Source: Lentisphaeria bacterium (GTDB lineage: Bacteria; Verrucomicrobiota; Lentisphaeria; JABSQK01; JAWLHB01). From it: 64,000 nucleotides of DNA. Shown piece after piece: positions 61,463 to 64,000 of the stretch. The stretch covers positions 1 through 64,000 of the forward strand of contig JAWLHB010000042.1 in assembly GCA_041690595.1 (NCBI GenBank), read 5' to 3'. The notes under the pieces were generated by a model. The model made no database searches and had not been told where the DNA came from. It saw only the letters and a list, made by a program, of their open reading frames with translations. Positions within the stretch are counted from its first letter, which is position 1. The number at the start of each line of letters is the position of its first letter. Position numbers and translations under genes: made by a program.

Positions 61463-62230
61463 ATGGGTGAGCCGGAGTTGCTGTACGCGGGAACGCTTGC
61501 CACGCGCACGGCATGGCATCTGTCTGAGCACCACCACCACCACCACGAGCTGGTTGTTCTGGTGGAGGGGAAGATGCGGTTGCGTATCGATGACGTGACC
61601 ATTCTGGCGACGGCGGGCGACGCGCTCTTTTACAGAGCGGGGAGGCCCCACGAGGAGAGCACTCTTTCTGGAATGCCGTTTCACACCTACTTCATCGGCT
61701 TCACCGCCAGTACCATGGCTGAGAACGATCTGCCGGTTCGCGTCGTAGATCAAGCGGGACGGCTGCGGCAACTGGTCCGCTGGCTTCACGAGGAGCATGG
61801 CAGCCAGCCAGAGCAACAGGGAAGCATGTCGGCGGCTGCCTGCAAGGCCTTCCTTGCCGCGCTGGTGGCCGAGTTCCATCGGCTGAGCCGGGACGACACG
61901 CCGCCGCTACCGCGGGAAGTGCGCACGTACGTCAACGGGCGCCTGGCCAGCCCGATCGTTGTCGCCGATCTGGCGGCCCATGTCGGCATGTCAAAGTACC
62001 ACTTCATCCGTACCTATCGGAAGTTGGCTGGATGCACGCCCATGGCCACCGTGCGGCACCTGCGCGCGGAAGCAGCTCGCAACCTGATTCTGACTACGGA
62101 TCTGCCACTCAAGCAGATTGCGGAACATTGCGGCCTCGGCAATGCCCAGCATTTCTCCCGCGTTTTCCGCGAAACCTTTGGCAAACCGCCGGGAGAATTC
62201 CGCGGGCAGCGCAAGGCGTTTCGCTCATGA
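61463..62230 (+). CDS. AraC family transcriptional regulator
   Basis: N-terminal cupin; LAAHVGMSKYHF; IAEHCG..NAQHFSRVFR..FGKPP. Confidence 0.93.
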   Translation: MGEPELLYAGTLATRTAWHLSEHHHHHHELVVLVEGKMRLRIDDVTILATAGDALFYRAGRPHEESTLSGMPFHTYFIGFTASTMAENDLPVRVVDQAGRLRQLVRWLHEEHGSQPEQQGSMSAAACKAFLAALVAEFHRLSRDDTPPLPREVRTYVNGRLASPIVVADLAAHVGMSKYHFIRTYRKLAGCTPMATVRHLRAEAARNLILTTDLPLKQIAEHCGLGNAQHFSRVFRETFGKPPGEFRGQRKAFRS

Positions 62231-62233
62231 TCG

Positions 62234-62722
62234 TTAGTCGGGCAGTCGCAGGGGATGGAGATCGTGGGCCTGCCGTTCGGCGTTGACCTTTGCCCAAAGC
62301 TCCTCGTCGGCGGCGAGGATGCGAACGAGCCTGCCGGTGGAGATCCCGAGCGCCTTGGAGGCGTCACCGAGTTGAAAGCCGAAGTGGCTCAGGGCATCGA
62401 GGAGGATGGCCACGAAGAGAGGATAGCGTCGATCCTTGCGCCCGATCTTCAACGGTCCCTTCCAGCCGCGCGGATGCGGATCGCGGACCTGGAGTGCCAG
62501 CTGCAGGCGCAGCTTGCGCAGGGCATCGGAGCGGTTCTCATGCTGGGAACGACTCTCAACGGCGGTGACGCTGACGCCGTACTCGGGCAGAGTCAGGCGC
62601 ACGGCGGAATCGGTCGTGTTGCGGTGCTGACCGCCCGGTCCCGAGGCGCGAAAGTTGTCCATGGTGCAATGACGAAAAAGCTCTTCGTCAGGTTGGAGGA
62701 GGAGGGTATTGCGGTCGGGCAT
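62234..62722 (-). CDS. Peptide chain release factor-like (RF-1 domain) protein
   Basis: FRASGPGGQHRN.TDSAVRL, SRSQHENR. Confidence 0.88.
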   Translation of the reverse strand: MPDRNTLLLQPDEELFRHCTMDNFRASGPGGQHRNTTDSAVRLTLPEYGVSVTAVESRSQHENRSDALRKLRLQLALQVRDPHPRGWKGPLKIGRKDRRYPLFVAILLDALSHFGFQLGDASKALGISTGRLVRILAADEELWAKVNAERQAHDLHPLRLPD

Positions 62723-62895
62723 GGTGAAAAGTGGCCGTGCTTTGGCATGGATCTGGTGGTTCCATGACTATACGTGATGGAAGGCAGTAAGGAAAGGCTC
62801 CCGCGGTGCAGAGGGTTGTCGACGGCCTCTTTCCAAGTGGGGGCACGGTCGACAGTCAGCCGGATGTGGCTTGGCTTGGGCTGCATCCGGCTGTT

Positions 62896-63729
62896 TTACG
62901 CCCAGGGCGACATGTCGAGGAGATCCTTGTAGGGGAGTGTGGTGCGCCGGTAGGCAAGCATCTCCTCCTGATCGTAGAAGACGCGATCGAGGAAGAGACC
63001 TTGGGGTGGAGCGGTTTCGCGGAGCCCGGCGCGGTCGCGGGCGAGGAGAATCGAGGTGGTTGCCTCGGCGGGGGTATAGCCGCGCCCGACGGAGACCAGG
63101 TATCCGGCGATGCGTCGCATCATGCGATAGAGGAAGCTGTTGCCGATGACGGTGATGCGGATCAGCGGGCCGTGTTCGGCGATCTCGATGAGATGAAGCG
63201 TCTTCACCGGGTCGGGCATTTCGGGGCCGCGCGTATTGGTGGAGAAGGCGGTGAAGTCGTGAGTGCCGATCAGTTGCGCGGCAGCCAGGCGCATGGGGGC
63301 GACATCGAGCGTATGGTAGACAGGCCAGCAGTAGCGGCAGTGAAAGGGGCTGGCGAGGTTGCCGCGATGTATGAGGTAGGTGTAGGCCTTGCCGACGGCA
63401 TCGTGGCGCGCGTGAAAGCCGATCGGCATCTCGGTGATGTCGAGGATGCGAATATCGGGTGGGACGCCATGATTGAGGGCCTGGCGAAGGCTTGGAACCG
63501 GGATGGGGGGCGTGGCGGGGGCGTGAACCGTGACGCGCTGATCGAGAGCATGAACGCCGGAGTCGGTTCGACTGACGCCGAAGGTGCGGAGCGGTTGTCC
63601 GTAGAGGCGCTTGAGCCGTCGTTCGAGGATGCCCTGGATGGTGAGGACGCCTGGCCGCTGAACCTGCCAGCCGTTGTAGGCGGTGCCGTCGTAAGCGATG
63701 CGCAGGAGCCAGTTGAGCGTGTCGGCCAT
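62896..63729 (-). CDS. truA: tRNA pseudouridine(38-40) synthase
   Basis: YDGTAYNGWQ, SRTDSGVHA, FHAR, GTHDF, FLYRM.R. Confidence 0.96.
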   Translation of the reverse strand: MADTLNWLLRIAYDGTAYNGWQVQRPGVLTIQGILERRLKRLYGQPLRTFGVSRTDSGVHALDQRVTVHAPATPPIPVPSLRQALNHGVPPDIRILDITEMPIGFHARHDAVGKAYTYLIHRGNLASPFHCRYCWPVYHTLDVAPMRLAAAQLIGTHDFTAFSTNTRGPEMPDPVKTLHLIEIAEHGPLIRITVIGNSFLYRMMRRIAGYLVSVGRGYTPAEATTSILLARDRAGLRETAPPQGLFLDRVFYDQEEMLAYRRTTLPYKDLLDMSPWA

Positions 63730-63739
63730 GGCCGTCTGC

Positions 63740-64000
63740 TCAATCGGCGGCGTAGAGAATGACGCCGCAGTTTTCGCAGGTGACGATGTCGCCCTTGTTC
63801 ACGGAGTGGCGCACCTGGGGCGTCACGGTGAGAAAGCAGCCGCCGCAGTTGTTATCGACCAGCGGGGCAATACCGCGCCGGAAGTTGCCGTCGTCTGTTC
63901 CCTTGCGGGTGAGGCGGGAATAGAGCCGCATCAGCTCAGGCTCGACGGCCTTGGCCATCTCGTCGCGTTCCGCTTTCACCTTCTTCACCTGCTCTTCGCA
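63740..64000 (-). CDS. C4 zinc-ribbon coiled-coil protein (DUF164 family), 5' end outside window
   Basis: CGGC...CENCGVILY at C-terminus. Confidence 0.85.
   Translation of the reverse strand, partial: CEEQVKKVKAERDEMAKAVEPELMRLYSRLTRKGTDDGNFRRGIAPLVDNNCGGCFLTVTPQVRHSVNKGDIVTCENCGVILYAAD

Overview
A 64-kb window of a GC-rich bacterial chromosome. Gene content (long N-terminally extended GreA, DUF6259, giant secreted beta-propeller proteins, orphan tolB) suggests a PVC-superphylum organism such as Lentisphaerota; this is inference only. Contents in order: (1) a sigma70 promoter and cobalamin riboswitch leading an atypical ECF transporter operon (extracytoplasmic domain fused to an S-component-like domain, dual ATPase, EcfT, secreted beta-propeller); (2) sucCD; (3) a 1106-aa fusion of 2-oxoacid dehydrogenase E1alpha, E1beta, a lipoyl domain and FabH/KAS III with no E2 acyltransferase domain, the most striking item; (4) tolB-TPR-FGE-like genes, ychF, nitroreductase; (5) a ~13-kb cluster of large carbohydrate-active-looking genes; (6) a candidate structured RNA upstream of rarA-ygfA-rny; (7) a degenerate NtrC-like regulator, long GreA, tRNA-Gln(TTG), then a mosaic of duplicated PHP-gene 3' ends and REP-like palindromes; (8) asnS-sulfotransferase-wzx, moxR-DUF58, and an AT-rich FkbM gene; (9) a DeoR-led E2-E3-fused E1 operon; (10) AraC/oxidoreductase/FG-GAP genes, an RF-1-like gene and truA. 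No CRISPR array, rRNA, integrase or transposase was seen. All calls come from motif recognition by eye; no searches were run.
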